The position numbers were made by a program, and so were the translations under genes. A stretch of 64,000 nucleotides of DNA. Origin: Candidatus Dormiibacterota bacterium (GTDB lineage: Bacteria > Chloroflexota > Dormibacteria > Aeolococcales > Aeolococcaceae). The stretch is taken from positions 224,001 to 288,000 of the forward strand of contig CAVPXI010000006.1 of assembly GCA_963709585.1 (NCBI GenBank), written 5' to 3'. Below, piece by piece: positions 52,533 through 64,000 of this stretch (position 1 is its first letter; every line of letters begins with the position of its first letter). The notes beneath the pieces were generated by a model that made no database searches, was not told the origin of the DNA, and saw only the letters and a list, made by a program, of their open reading frames with translations.

Positions 52533-53641
52533 CGAGTCGCCTGGGGCAGCGCGGCTCCGTCGCCAAGCGGTAGCGGCATGAGGAGTGTCGGCGAGAATCG
52601 CGTCCCCGCGTGCAGCTCGATCGGGCCCGCCACCGCGGGTCGCTGCACGCACCAGCGAGGATCGACGTCGTCGCGAATCGCAAGCAGCTCCGGCCGAAGC
52701 AGCGACCCCGCGGAGCTGCGACCCTGATGCCGGACGGTCGCGGTGAGCGCGGGACGCAGCCAGGTCGCGGTGACCGGCTGCACGCCATCCAGGGGCGCGT
52801 CGCTGACGGTCAGGTCGGCAACGCGTTGCGCTAGCCAGCCGGCCACGAGTTGATCGTTCGGCCCGTCCACATGCCCCGCGAACGTCAGGCGGCCGGCGAC
52901 ATGCTCGCCGAGGATGAGCCGGGTGCCGCCACGCCGGCGCGCGACGATACCCGCGACGACGCAGGTGGCCTGATCCGTCAGCCCGATGCGCAGACGATCG
53001 GGCGAGGCGACCCCGGGGCGGTAGGGAGCGTTCGCGCGCCGGGCGAGCAACGCAGCGAGACCCCTTCCCATTGCGGCGGCCGCGAGCGCCTCGCCACGCC
53101 CACGCACATGGTCCGGTACCTGGAGAGCATCGCTCTGCCCGGCCAGGTCTCCGAGGGCATCGAGGCGGCGATCGAGGGGCCAGCCGAGCGTCGACCGTCC
53201 GTCGAGATGCAGGAGGTCAGAGCCCAGATACACGGCCGGCAGCTCGTGCGCCGCAGCGGGTCCGGCGGCGAGACGCCGCCCGAACCCCGCCAGGTCGGGA
53301 CGTCCCTCGGGGTCGAGGACCGTGATGACACCGTCAAGTACCGCGCCCCGGCCACCCCGCACCGCTGCGGGCGCGGCAACGTCGGGGAAACGCCGTGCGA
53401 GATCGCCGGGCATCTCACCCTGGATCCGGACGGCCCCGACCGGGTCGAGGAAGAGCAGCGCCCGGGCTCCATCCCAGTCGACGCTGAACAGCCAGTCGCG
53501 GTCGTCGAACGGCGCGGCGCAGGGAACCGACGCCTCGATCGCGATATACCTGGAGAGCTGGGGTGGGGTCGGGGATCGAAAGGGCAGAGGATCGCCGGAC
53601 GCTGCCAGGGCGGCACGAGACAGGCCTGCTCTCCCGGCCAC
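52529..53641 (-). CDS. Degenerate ATP-dependent DNA ligase domain protein (catalytic Lys absent)
   Basis: WLFSVDWDGARA at motif I; LDGVI, DLLHLDG, YRPG; OB-fold-like C-terminus. Confidence 0.8.
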   Translation of the reverse strand: MAGRAGLSRAALAASGDPLPFRSPTPPQLSRYIAIEASVPCAAPFDDRDWLFSVDWDGARALLFLDPVGAVRIQGEMPGDLARRFPDVAAPAAVRGGRGAVLDGVITVLDPEGRPDLAGFGRRLAAGPAAAHELPAVYLGSDLLHLDGRSTLGWPLDRRLDALGDLAGQSDALQVPDHVRGRGEALAAAAMGRGLAALLARRANAPYRPGVASPDRLRIGLTDQATCVVAGIVARRRGGTRLILGEHVAGRLTFAGHVDGPNDQLVAGWLAQRVADLTVSDAPLDGVQPVTATWLRPALTATVRHQGRSSAGSLLRPELLAIRDDVDPRWCVQRPAVAGPIELHAGTRFSPTLLMPLPLGDGAALPQATR

Positions 53642-53658
53642 GCCCGACCCGCGGAGCC

Positions 53659-54519
53659 TCAGGAGGCCCGGCGCCGGCGCGCCGGTTCCAGCGCGGAGGC
53701 GTCGTCGGCGGCGGATTCCTCTGCGTCGGCGCCCTCGGCTCGGCGCGATTTCGCCGCCTCGACCGACGCTTTGAGCGCGGCCATGAGGTCGGTGACCTTG
53801 CCGGGCTCGCGCACCTCGGGCCGCTCGAGCGGCTGGTTGGTCAGCTTGGAGTCCACGACCTGGATCAACGCCTCACGGTAGTCGTCGTGGTAGCGCGCCG
53901 GGTCGAAGTGGGCGCTCATGTTCTCCACCAGCATCACCGCCATGTCCAGCTCTTTCTTGGGGACCTCAGGACCTTGCTCGGGTATCGCCAGCTCGCCTGC
54001 CGAGCGGATCTCGTCCGGCCAGTGCAGGGTGTTGAGCAGCAGACCCTGGTCGTGGAGCGCCAGGCGGCACAGATGCTCGCGGTCGCGCAGGGCGATCTTC
54101 CCGATGGCGACGGTTCCGGTCTTCTCGAGCGCCTGGCGAAGCAGCGCGTACGGCTTGACTTCCACCGCCTCCGGTTCGAGGTAGTAGGCGCTCTTCAGAT
54201 AGACGCCCGCCTCGATCTCCAAGTCCGGGCAGAACTCGACGATGTCGATGGTGTGCGTCGTGGTCAGGGGCAGGTTGTCGAGGTCCGAGTCGGTCACGAT
54301 CACGTACTCGTCCTTGCCGACTTCGTAGCCCCGCAGCGCTTCGCTCCAGCCGATCTCGCGATCCTCCTCGGGGCACCAGCGTTTGTTGCGGACCGGAGTT
54401 TGGTCGTTCGGGCAGAGCAGCCGGAACGAAACGCTCTTCGATTCGGTCGCCAGGTACAGCCGCACGGGGATCGCCACCATGCCGAAGCTGATGGCGCCCC
54501 GCCACATGGATCGAGGCAT
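53659..54519 (-). CDS. ku: NHEJ protein Ku
   Basis: RSMWRGAISFGMVAIPVRLY, YYLEP, LHWPDEIR, DLMAALKASV. Confidence 0.97.
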   Translation of the reverse strand: MPRSMWRGAISFGMVAIPVRLYLATESKSVSFRLLCPNDQTPVRNKRWCPEEDREIGWSEALRGYEVGKDEYVIVTDSDLDNLPLTTTHTIDIVEFCPDLEIEAGVYLKSAYYLEPEAVEVKPYALLRQALEKTGTVAIGKIALRDREHLCRLALHDQGLLLNTLHWPDEIRSAGELAIPEQGPEVPKKELDMAVMLVENMSAHFDPARYHDDYREALIQVVDSKLTNQPLERPEVREPGKVTDLMAALKASVEAAKSRRAEGADAEESAADDASALEPARRRRAS

Positions 54520-54591
54520 CGCCGCTCGAGTATAGAGGCGCGGGATCGCAGTGCATGCGGCTCCTCGGGAGCCCGCCGGGCGCGCAGTCCG

Positions 54592-55113
54592 TCAGGCGGC
54601 GGCGAGCATCCGGTCGTACGCGGCTTTCAGTTCCGGGTAGCGCAGGAAGATGATGTGCGCGTACTCCTGCGTCAGCGGTACGGGTTTGCGCCGCAGCGAG
54701 AGCCCGACCTCCTCGGGCCGGTGGTTCGCCTTGCGCCAGTTGCACTTCCGGCACGCGATCACCACGTTCTCCCAGCGATCCGGCGCTCCGCCACGAGACA
54801 CCGGGACGACGTGGTCGACGGTGAGCTCGGCCGCGTTGCCGAGGCGACCGCAGTACTGACAGGTGTGATCGTCGCGGAGGAGGAGGTTGCGACGGTTGGG
54901 CCGGAGCAGCCGGCGCGGCACGTGGATGGTGCGCAACAGGCGGACGATGACGACTCCTTCCGGCAGCCTTCGCCCGGCGAGCGCCTCGGCTGCCGCTCGC
55001 TCTGCCGCCGCATCGACGAACGCCACCCGCTCCTTGGTGAGGAGCACAACCAGCCGCCGGTGACTGATCACGTTGAGGGGCTGCATCGAGGCGTTGAGCA
55101 GCAGCACTGCCAT
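54592..55113 (-). CDS. HNH endonuclease
   Basis: RDDHTCQYCG, TVDHVVP.SRGG, WENVVIACRKCNWRK. Confidence 0.92.
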   Translation of the reverse strand: MAVLLLNASMQPLNVISHRRLVVLLTKERVAFVDAAAERAAAEALAGRRLPEGVVIVRLLRTIHVPRRLLRPNRRNLLLRDDHTCQYCGRLGNAAELTVDHVVPVSRGGAPDRWENVVIACRKCNWRKANHRPEEVGLSLRRKPVPLTQEYAHIIFLRYPELKAAYDRMLAAA

Positions 55114-55151
55114 TGCCGAATTCTATTGGGAAGCGGGGATCTTCGCGTTGA

Positions 55152-55780
55152 TCACGGGTAGGGGCCGGCTTGATGGGCCCGACCTTGATCGCACCTCCGC
55201 ACACCATGCTCGACTGGACGTCGGTCACGTCGGTCTGGAAGCGCGATGTCGGCAGCGTTACCCGCCAGAATCGGGGCCTCTCCGCCTGCGCCGCGGTACA
55301 TGTGGCATCGGTCCAGGAGACGAGGAAATAGCCGTGCCCGGTCGCGCCGACGGCGCCGAGGGGTTCGGTGCCGGGCGGAAGATGGACCGGCCCGGGGGAC
55401 GCCAGCGAGTTGTCGTTGGTCCAGCTGGTGTTCAGCAGACCGCCGCTCGACGAGAGCATCTGCAGCTTTGCGTAGCCGTTCTCGGTGCAGTCACTCGTCG
55501 ACGTGTTGCGAACCTCGAAGGTCGCGTAGATGGTGCCTGCCGCGCCCTGGGTGTTGAGGATGTCGATCTCGAACTGTCCGGGCATGCACGCAACTGGTGG
55601 GGTCGCGGTGGGATTCGGGGTCGAGGTCGGGGTCGAAGCGGGCGTCGGGGTCACAACCGGTGTCGGGGTCACCGGGATCGCAGTCGGCGAAGTGCTCGGC
55701 ACCGGCGGAGACGACGACCCGCAGGCGGCGAGCAGGCCTGCGGCCACGAGCAGCACAGGCGGAACCAGCACCCGTCGCAT
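55152..55780 (-). CDS. DUF4232-like lipoprotein (true stop probably at 55152 after a homopolymer deletion)
   Basis: Lipobox LAAC, PT-rich linker, GAAG...VRNTSTSDC..GY; the listed ORF runs on through HNH and ku in junk frame. Confidence 0.7.
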
Positions 55781-55818
55781 CGCGACGCAGGGTACCTGCA
55801 AACCGCGCTCGACGCGCG

Positions 55819-58800
55819 TCAGGGACGGCTCGGAATGTCCTGGTCAGCCTGCAGCACCGGGGCGAAGAGATCGCCCGTCGCAGCCACGCGCGCGGCGATG
55901 GTCGCGATGTTCCAGCGATCGGGGCGCAGGTCGGGATCGTCGAGCTCCGTCCATTCGATGGGGGTCGATACCGGGGCACCCGGCGCGGGTCGGAGCGAGT
56001 AGGGGGCCGCCAGAGTCTTGTTGATGATGTTCTGGGTGTAGTCGATCCGGATCCGGCCTGTCCGCTTCGCCACCGCCCATTCCCAGCTCACGCGCCCCGG
56101 GGCAGCCTGGTCGATGGCTCTGCCGACCTCCTCCACCCAATGGCGCACGACCGCATAATCCGGGCCGCGACGAACCGGCACGTAGATCTGCAGCCCGGTC
56201 TGCCCGCTGGTCTTGATCACCCCATGCATGCCGTAGTGATCCAGGGCCGCCTTGACGAGCTTGGCAATGTTGACGACGTCCTGGAACGTCGCCGGTTCGA
56301 ACGGATCGAGGTCGAACACCGCCCAGTCGGGATCATTGGGCGCGTCGATCCGCGAATGCCACGGGTGCAGATCGATGACCCCCGCGTTGGCCACCCACGC
56401 CAGCGTCGCGACCTCGTTGACGACGATGTACGTCTTGGTCTTCTCGCCCTGATACGTCCAGGACTCGATCCACGTCGGGGCGTGGGCCGGTTTATCCTTG
56501 CGCCAAAAGGATTTTCCATCGATGCCGTCGGGAAACACCTGCATCGACAGGGGACGGTCGCGCAGGTACGGCAACATGTACGGCGCCATCCGGACGTAGT
56601 ACTCGATCATGTCGCGCTTGGTGATGCCATCGGCGGGCCACAGCACCTTATCGAGATTCGTGAGGGGAAGTCTGCGTCCCGCGATTTCCCAGTGCGCGTT
56701 GCCTTTGAGCGTTCTCAGCTGCGCCAGTGCTTGCAAGTCCTCCGGGTCCTGTCGCGGTGGGGGCCCCTCGCCACCTGCGGGTCGGGTCTCCTGGGGCTTG
56801 TCGTCTTTTCTGGTGGGTGACGCGTCCTCGGAGCCCGGCCCTCCGGTGGCGCTGCTCCCCACCGCGCCACCCGGAGGTCGGTGTGCCATAGCGGGCGTCT
56901 GGACTCCCTGTGCTCTGCGCTTCGTGCGGGGGGTGGCCGCAGCCCCCTCCCTTGGTGGCCGGGGCGCTTTGGCCGGCGCAGCGTGGGACGGACCGGTACT
57001 CGGTCTTGGACGTGCTGACTGTTGCGCCTGCGTGCCACCTTCCCTTGCTGATTTCTCGCTGGGCGTTGCATCGGCGATGGGCGGGGTGTTCCCGGCACGG
57101 ATGGCGGCGCGGGAAGGGGTCGGGCCGTCTGCGGGCTCGGTCTTGAGAAAGGCTTCTCGCATGCAGTCTTCGGGGCGTTGGTCGGGGCGGAGGGTGCGGA
57201 AGGCGGGGTGGCGGAGGATGCCGTCGCGCGTCCAGCCGGCGAAGCGGACTTCGCAGACGAGCTCTGGTCTGACCCAGGTCGCGGGTTCCGAGGTTTTCGG
57301 GGTGACGTCGAGTGGACACGTGTTCACCTCCAGGGGGCGGAGGCGGTCCCTGAGGTCGCGCAAGGCCTTCTCGTCGAAGCCGGTGCCGACCTGTCCGCAG
57401 TGGACGAGGCGGGTACCGTCGAGCACGGCGAGGATGAGCGCGCCGAGCTGGCTGGTCCGGCGTCCGCGGCCGGCCGTATAGCCGGCGATGACGCACGACT
57501 GGCTGAGCCAGGACTTGATCTTCACCCAGTCGGGCGTGCGCACTCCGGGGCGGTAGAGAGAATCGGCTCGCTTCCCGACGATGCCTTCGATGCCGGACTC
57601 GCGCGCGATCTCGAAGAGCGATGTGCCATCTCGCTCGACGTGCTCGGCAAAGAGGATGTACGGCGAGTCGACGACGGTTTCGCGAAGCGTCTTCTTGCGA
57701 ATGCGCAGCTCGGTGCTGAGCAGGTCGCGGCCCTCGAGCTCGAGCAGGTCGAATGCGATGAACGTCACCGGATGTTCGGCCGCGACCCTGCGCACATCCG
57801 CATCGCGCACCACGTTGATTCGCTGCTGCATGCGCTCGAACGACGGCCGGCCGTCGGCGTCGAGGACCACGAGCTCGCCGTCGACGATTGCCTGGCGGGC
57901 GCGGATGCCTGCCCGGATCGCCACGGCCTCCGGGTAGCGCCTGGTCTCGTCACCGCCACGCCTGCCGGTGAGTCGGACAAGGTCCCCGGCGACGCTGACC
58001 ATCGCGCGGATGCCGTCGTACTTCAGCTCGAACAGCAAGCCATCCCTCGAAAACGCGTGATCCATGGGCGTCGCGAGCATTGGTGGCGGCGCCTCGGCGA
58101 GGGCCGGGGAAGCGACCGTGGGAGCAGCCGCAGTGGCCGCCGCCGTCGTGGCGACGGCTGGGGCGTTTCGAGCACGAGCGGCGCGACGCGTCTCCCGGGG
58201 GTCGCCGCCGCCCTCATTGGCAATCTGCGCCAGGCTTCTGCCGGTTTTGACTGAAACGTCGAGGTCGATGGCTTCGAACCCCTCCACAACCGAGGCGTCG
58301 CGCTTCTTGATCATCAGCCAGTTCTTGTCACCATCGCTGCTGCCGCCGTATCGCCGGCCGCGCTCGCCGATGTGAACGAGCGCGAACTCGCCCGAGAGCT
58401 TGGTGCCCTGGAGGCGGAACTTGACGTCCCCTTTGAGCCGGGAACGGTCGTAATCCTCGGCGAACTCCTTCACCCACTCGAAGGTGCCGATGTCCCAGAG
58501 CATCACCGTCCCAGCGCCATATCCCGACGGGATGACGCCCTCGAACTCACCGTAATCGATCGGATGGTCCTCGGTCTGCACTGCCAGGCGCTTCTTGGCC
58601 GGATCCAGGCTCGGGCCCCTTGGAATCGCCCACGACAGCAGCACCCCGTCGTGCTCCAGCCGGAAGTCGAAATGCATGCGTGTGGCTCGATGTTTCTGAA
58701 CGCAGAACCGCTTCCCGTGGGGCAGCTGCTCCCACGCCGAGCGCTCCGCCTCGGCACGCGGAGTCGGGTCGCCGCTGGGCTCCGGGGTCTGATTGAAATC

Positions 58801-58839
58801 ACGCTTGCGGCGGTACTCTTCAAGGGTGGGTATTGGCAT
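55819..58839 (-). CDS. ligD: NHEJ DNA ligase D (phosphoesterase-ligase-polymerase order)
   Basis: QKHRATRMHFDFRLE; ELKYDG, EGIVGK, WVKIK; TNLDKV, FDLDP, KTSG. Confidence 0.96.
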   Translation of the reverse strand: MPIPTLEEYRRKRDFNQTPEPSGDPTPRAEAERSAWEQLPHGKRFCVQKHRATRMHFDFRLEHDGVLLSWAIPRGPSLDPAKKRLAVQTEDHPIDYGEFEGVIPSGYGAGTVMLWDIGTFEWVKEFAEDYDRSRLKGDVKFRLQGTKLSGEFALVHIGERGRRYGGSSDGDKNWLMIKKRDASVVEGFEAIDLDVSVKTGRSLAQIANEGGGDPRETRRAARARNAPAVATTAAATAAAPTVASPALAEAPPPMLATPMDHAFSRDGLLFELKYDGIRAMVSVAGDLVRLTGRRGGDETRRYPEAVAIRAGIRARQAIVDGELVVLDADGRPSFERMQQRINVVRDADVRRVAAEHPVTFIAFDLLELEGRDLLSTELRIRKKTLRETVVDSPYILFAEHVERDGTSLFEIARESGIEGIVGKRADSLYRPGVRTPDWVKIKSWLSQSCVIAGYTAGRGRRTSQLGALILAVLDGTRLVHCGQVGTGFDEKALRDLRDRLRPLEVNTCPLDVTPKTSEPATWVRPELVCEVRFAGWTRDGILRHPAFRTLRPDQRPEDCMREAFLKTEPADGPTPSRAAIRAGNTPPIADATPSEKSAREGGTQAQQSARPRPSTGPSHAAPAKAPRPPREGAAATPRTKRRAQGVQTPAMAHRPPGGAVGSSATGGPGSEDASPTRKDDKPQETRPAGGEGPPPRQDPEDLQALAQLRTLKGNAHWEIAGRRLPLTNLDKVLWPADGITKRDMIEYYVRMAPYMLPYLRDRPLSMQVFPDGIDGKSFWRKDKPAHAPTWIESWTYQGEKTKTYIVVNEVATLAWVANAGVIDLHPWHSRIDAPNDPDWAVFDLDPFEPATFQDVVNIAKLVKAALDHYGMHGVIKTSGQTGLQIYVPVRRGPDYAVVRHWVEEVGRAIDQAAPGRVSWEWAVAKRTGRIRIDYTQNIINKTLAAPYSLRPAPGAPVSTPIEWTELDDPDLRPDRWNIATIAARVAATGDLFAPVLQADQDIPSRP

Positions 58840-59100
58840 GATTAACGACCCTCTCGACGAGGACAGCGGGGGGCGGAACGGACAGCGTCCTTCACGCTCC
58901 TGATGCTAGTGCAGCGCACTGCGCGAAACGAGCGAAATGACGCGCCGGGCTGGTAGAATAGACGTACGTGGAACGGCCGATTTGAGCGGTCCCCGCTGGA
59001 ACAGTCGAGCGGTTTCATCATTGGCCCCCTCTCTCACACTCACGTCACAACCGGAGCAGCACAGATAACCGACACCGCACGCCCCGAACGCCCCGATGAG

Positions 59101-61092
59101 GTGGCGATCGAGCCAGAGACGAGCCCAACGACCAGCGTTGGAAACGGCAATCCGGATCCGCGCCCCGCAGGCTCCGGCCGGGTCGGCAAGGACACGTACT
59201 CGGCCGACCAGATCCAGATCCTGGAGGGTCTCGAGCCGGTTCGCCGCCGCCCCGGGATGTACATCGGGTCCACAGATCTCCGTGGTCTTCACCACCTCGT
59301 GGTCGAGCTCGTTGACAACAGCATCGACGAGGCTCTCGCCGGTTGGTGCGACACGATCAAGGTGGTCCTCCACGCGGACAAATCCGTGTCGGTGCTGGAC
59401 AATGGTCGCGGCATCCCGGTGGGGATGCATCCGACCGCCAGGAAGTCCGCGCTCGAGGTTGTGCTGACCACCCTCCACGCGGGTGGAAAGTTCGGCGGCG
59501 GAGGCTACAAGGTCTCCGGCGGACTCCACGGTGTCGGTCTCTCGGTCGTCAACGCACTCAGTGAGCGTCTGCTGGTCGAGGTGTACCTCGATGGTGAGAC
59601 GCATCGCCAGGAGTACACCCGGGGCGTGCCCGACGGCCCCGTGGCCGTCGTCGGGACGACCGATCGCCGCGGCACCTACGTGCGGTTCTGGCCCGACCCC
59701 GAGATCTTCCCGGAGATCGAGTTCTCGTGGGACACGGTCTGCGATTCGCTGCGCAGCTACGCCTTTCTCAACAAGGGCATCACCATCCAGCTGGGCGACG
59801 AACGCGACGCCCGCGCGTACACATTCCATTTCGAGGGCGGCATCCAGTCGTTCGTCAGGTATCTCAACGCAAACCGCAACGTCATCAACCAGAAGCCGAT
59901 GTACGTGGAGCGGGAGATCGATGGCAATGTCGTCGAGATCGCGCTCCAGTATCAGAACACGGTGTTCACCGAGCACGTCCTCGCGTTCGCCAACAACGTC
60001 CACACCGAGGAAGGTGGCGCGCACGTGACCGGGTTCCGCAGCGCGTTGACGGCGACACTCAACAAGTACGCGCGCAAGGCCGCCATCCTCAAGGAGCAGG
60101 ACCCCAACCTCAGCGGTGATGACGTGCGCGACGGATTGACCGCGGTGATCAGCGTCAAGCTGCGCGAGCCCCAGTTCGAGGGTCAGACCAAGACCAAGCT
60201 GGGAAACAGCGAAGTCGCGGGCCAGGTCTCGACGGTGCTGAGCGAGGCGCTCATGCAATACCTCGAGGAGAATCCGACCGACGGCCGCAAGATCATCGAC
60301 CAGTCGCTCACGGCTGCGCGAGCGCGCCAGGCGGCCGCCAAGGCGCGCGACCTCGTCCAGCGCAAGTCGCTCCTCGAGTTGGCCACGCTGCCGGGGAAGC
60401 TCGTGGACTGCAGTGAGCGTGACCCGGCGCACTGCGAGATCTTCATCGTCGAAGGATTGTCCGCCGGCGGCACCGCCAAGGAGGCGCGCGAGCGCCGCAA
60501 CCAGGCGATCCTTCCGCTGCGCGGCAAGATCCTCAATGTCGAGAAGGCGCGAGCCGACAAGATCCTCGGTAACGAACAGATCAAGGACCTGATCATGGCG
60601 CTCGGCGGTGGATTCGGCGAGACCTTCAGCGTCGACAAGCTGCGCTATCACCGCATCGTGCTCATGGCCGACGCCGATGTCGACGGCTCGCACATCCGCA
60701 CCCTGTTGCTCACGTTCTTCTGGCGTCATCTGCGGCCGCTCGTCGACGGTGGGTTCCTCTACCTCGCGCAGCCACCGCTGTACAAGCTCGAGAAGGGCAA
60801 GGGTCGGAACAAGCAGACCGAGTACGCCTTCAGCGACGACCAGCGGGATGACAAGGTCAAGTCCATGGGCCGCGATACCGAGGTGTCGCGCTACAAGGGC
60901 CTCGGCGAGATGATGTCCGAGGAGTTGTGGGCAACCACCATGGACCCGGATCGCAGGGTTCTGCTCCAGGTCGGCGTTGCGGATGCGCTCAAGGCCGATG
61001 ACATCTTCGACCGCCTGATGGGGTCGGACGTCGAACCCCGCAAGCGTTTCATCCAGACCCACGCCACGAGCGTGCGCAACCTCGATATCTGA
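59101..61092 (+). CDS. gyrB: DNA gyrase subunit B
   Basis: [41 protein letters not shown]. Confidence 0.97.
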   Translation: MAIEPETSPTTSVGNGNPDPRPAGSGRVGKDTYSADQIQILEGLEPVRRRPGMYIGSTDLRGLHHLVVELVDNSIDEALAGWCDTIKVVLHADKSVSVLDNGRGIPVGMHPTARKSALEVVLTTLHAGGKFGGGGYKVSGGLHGVGLSVVNALSERLLVEVYLDGETHRQEYTRGVPDGPVAVVGTTDRRGTYVRFWPDPEIFPEIEFSWDTVCDSLRSYAFLNKGITIQLGDERDARAYTFHFEGGIQSFVRYLNANRNVINQKPMYVEREIDGNVVEIALQYQNTVFTEHVLAFANNVHTEEGGAHVTGFRSALTATLNKYARKAAILKEQDPNLSGDDVRDGLTAVISVKLREPQFEGQTKTKLGNSEVAGQVSTVLSEALMQYLEENPTDGRKIIDQSLTAARARQAAAKARDLVQRKSLLELATLPGKLVDCSERDPAHCEIFIVEGLSAGGTAKEARERRNQAILPLRGKILNVEKARADKILGNEQIKDLIMALGGGFGETFSVDKLRYHRIVLMADADVDGSHIRTLLLTFFWRHLRPLVDGGFLYLAQPPLYKLEKGKGRNKQTEYAFSDDQRDDKVKSMGRDTEVSRYKGLGEMMSEELWATTMDPDRRVLLQVGVADALKADDIFDRLMGSDVEPRKRFIQTHATSVRNLDI

Positions 61093-62104
61093 TGCCGCTT
61101 CCGATCGCGGTCGACGCGATGGGCGGCGACCAGGCCCCAGCCGAGATCGTCCGCGGCGCGCTCCGCGCAGTCAACGAGCACGGCATCGCGGTCACCCTGG
61201 TCGGCCAGCGCGAAGTGGTCGAACAGGAGCTTCGCGCAGCGGGGGCCTCCACTCCAGGTGGGATCGACATCGTCGACGCCCGCGACGTCATCGAGATGAA
61301 CGAGCACCCGGCGAGCGCGGTGCGTGCCAAGCGCGACTCGTCGCTGGTGAGCAGCTGCGCCCTGGTCGCCGGCGCCCGGGCGCGTGCGGTCGTCAGTGCC
61401 GGCAACAGCGGGGCAATGCTCGCCGCCGCGCTCTTCACCATCAGGCGGATCCCCGGGGTTGCCCGGCCCGCCATCGGCGCCTCCTTCCCCAGCGATGCCG
61501 GGCAGACCTTCATCCTGGATGTTGGTGCCAACACCGACTGCAAGCCGGAGTGGCTCGCGCAGTTCGCGCTGATGGGTGACGTCTACGCTCAGACCATGCT
61601 CGCCATCCCCCGTCCCCGTGTCGCGTTGCTCAGCAACGGCGAGGAGGCCGAGAAGGGTTCGGAACTGGTCCAGGCGGCTCACCCGCTGATCGCGGCGCTG
61701 CCGATCCAGTTCGTCGGCAACGTCGAAGGCAAGGACATCTTTCGCGGCTCGTGCGACGTGGTGGTCACCGATGGTTTCACCGGTAACGTCGTGCTCAAGG
61801 CGGCCGAGGGTATCGGCGAGTTCCTGTTCGCGAGCATCGCCCGCGAGGCACGCAAGTCGTTCGCCGGCAAACTCGGCGGCGCGCTCCTCAAGCCGAGATT
61901 GCGCCCGCTGCGCGACCGGATCGACTACCGGAAGACCGGCGGAGCGCTCCTACTCGGTGTCGCCGGCGAGGTCGTGATCGCCCACGGGCGATCCGATGCA
62001 GAAGCGACCATGAACGCGATTCGAGTCGCTGCCCGCGCGGCCGAACAGGGTGTCAGCAAACTGATCGCGGGCGCAGTGAGCAGCCCAGCGGAGGTGCCCG
62101 CGTA

Positions 62105-62105
<1 letters not shown>
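61092..62105 (+). CDS. plsX: Phosphate acyltransferase PlsX
   Basis: AVDAMGGD, SAGNSGA, DVGAN, GNVEG, TDGFTGN, AHGRS. Confidence 0.95.

Positions 62106-64000
<1,895 letters not shown>

Noticed and set aside
55600-55690. GGGGTC-type short repeats as a CRISPR or DNA repeat element
   Set aside because: They encode a Pro-Thr linker and have no repeat-spacer structure.
53966-55801. 611-aa lipoprotein ORF overlapping HNH and ku
   Set aside because: Sequence after about 55155 is junk; one missing C would give PTP-stop at 55152.

Overview
High-GC bacterial chromosomal window with about 55 densely packed CDS. I saw no rRNA, tRNA, CRISPR array or IS element. Gene style suggests a Dormibacterota/Chloroflexota/Actinomycetota-like soil organism (inference only). 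Housekeeping genes include groEL with CIRCE, ilvE, pckA, ccr, a methylmalonyl-CoA mutase subunit, queG and gyrB-plsX-gyrA. Highlights: (1) At 2.0-9.4 kb, a candidate new cyclic-nucleotide/proteolytic peptide signalling system: a 62-aa two-repeat 'DT(S/E)GH' peptide, a Crp-family regulator with two matching TGTCG-N6-TGACA boxes, a GAF protein coupled to a cytoplasmic S8 protease, a STAND/TPR adenylate cyclase and two cNMP-binding proteins. (2) At 44.5-51.7 kb, an ApbE flavinylation/electron-transfer cluster whose candidate substrate is a membrane-tethered Ser/Thr stalk ending in VSGGS, with an 11-bp-period operator array. (3) An NHEJ locus with a catalytically dead ligase paralogue next to Ku. 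(4) An RloC-like ATPase-HEPN island. (5) Most apparent frameshifts and odd substitutions sit at GA(C/G)TC. This points to a DNA-modification-driven sequencing error signature rather than real pseudogenes. All family assignments come from motif reading, not database searches.
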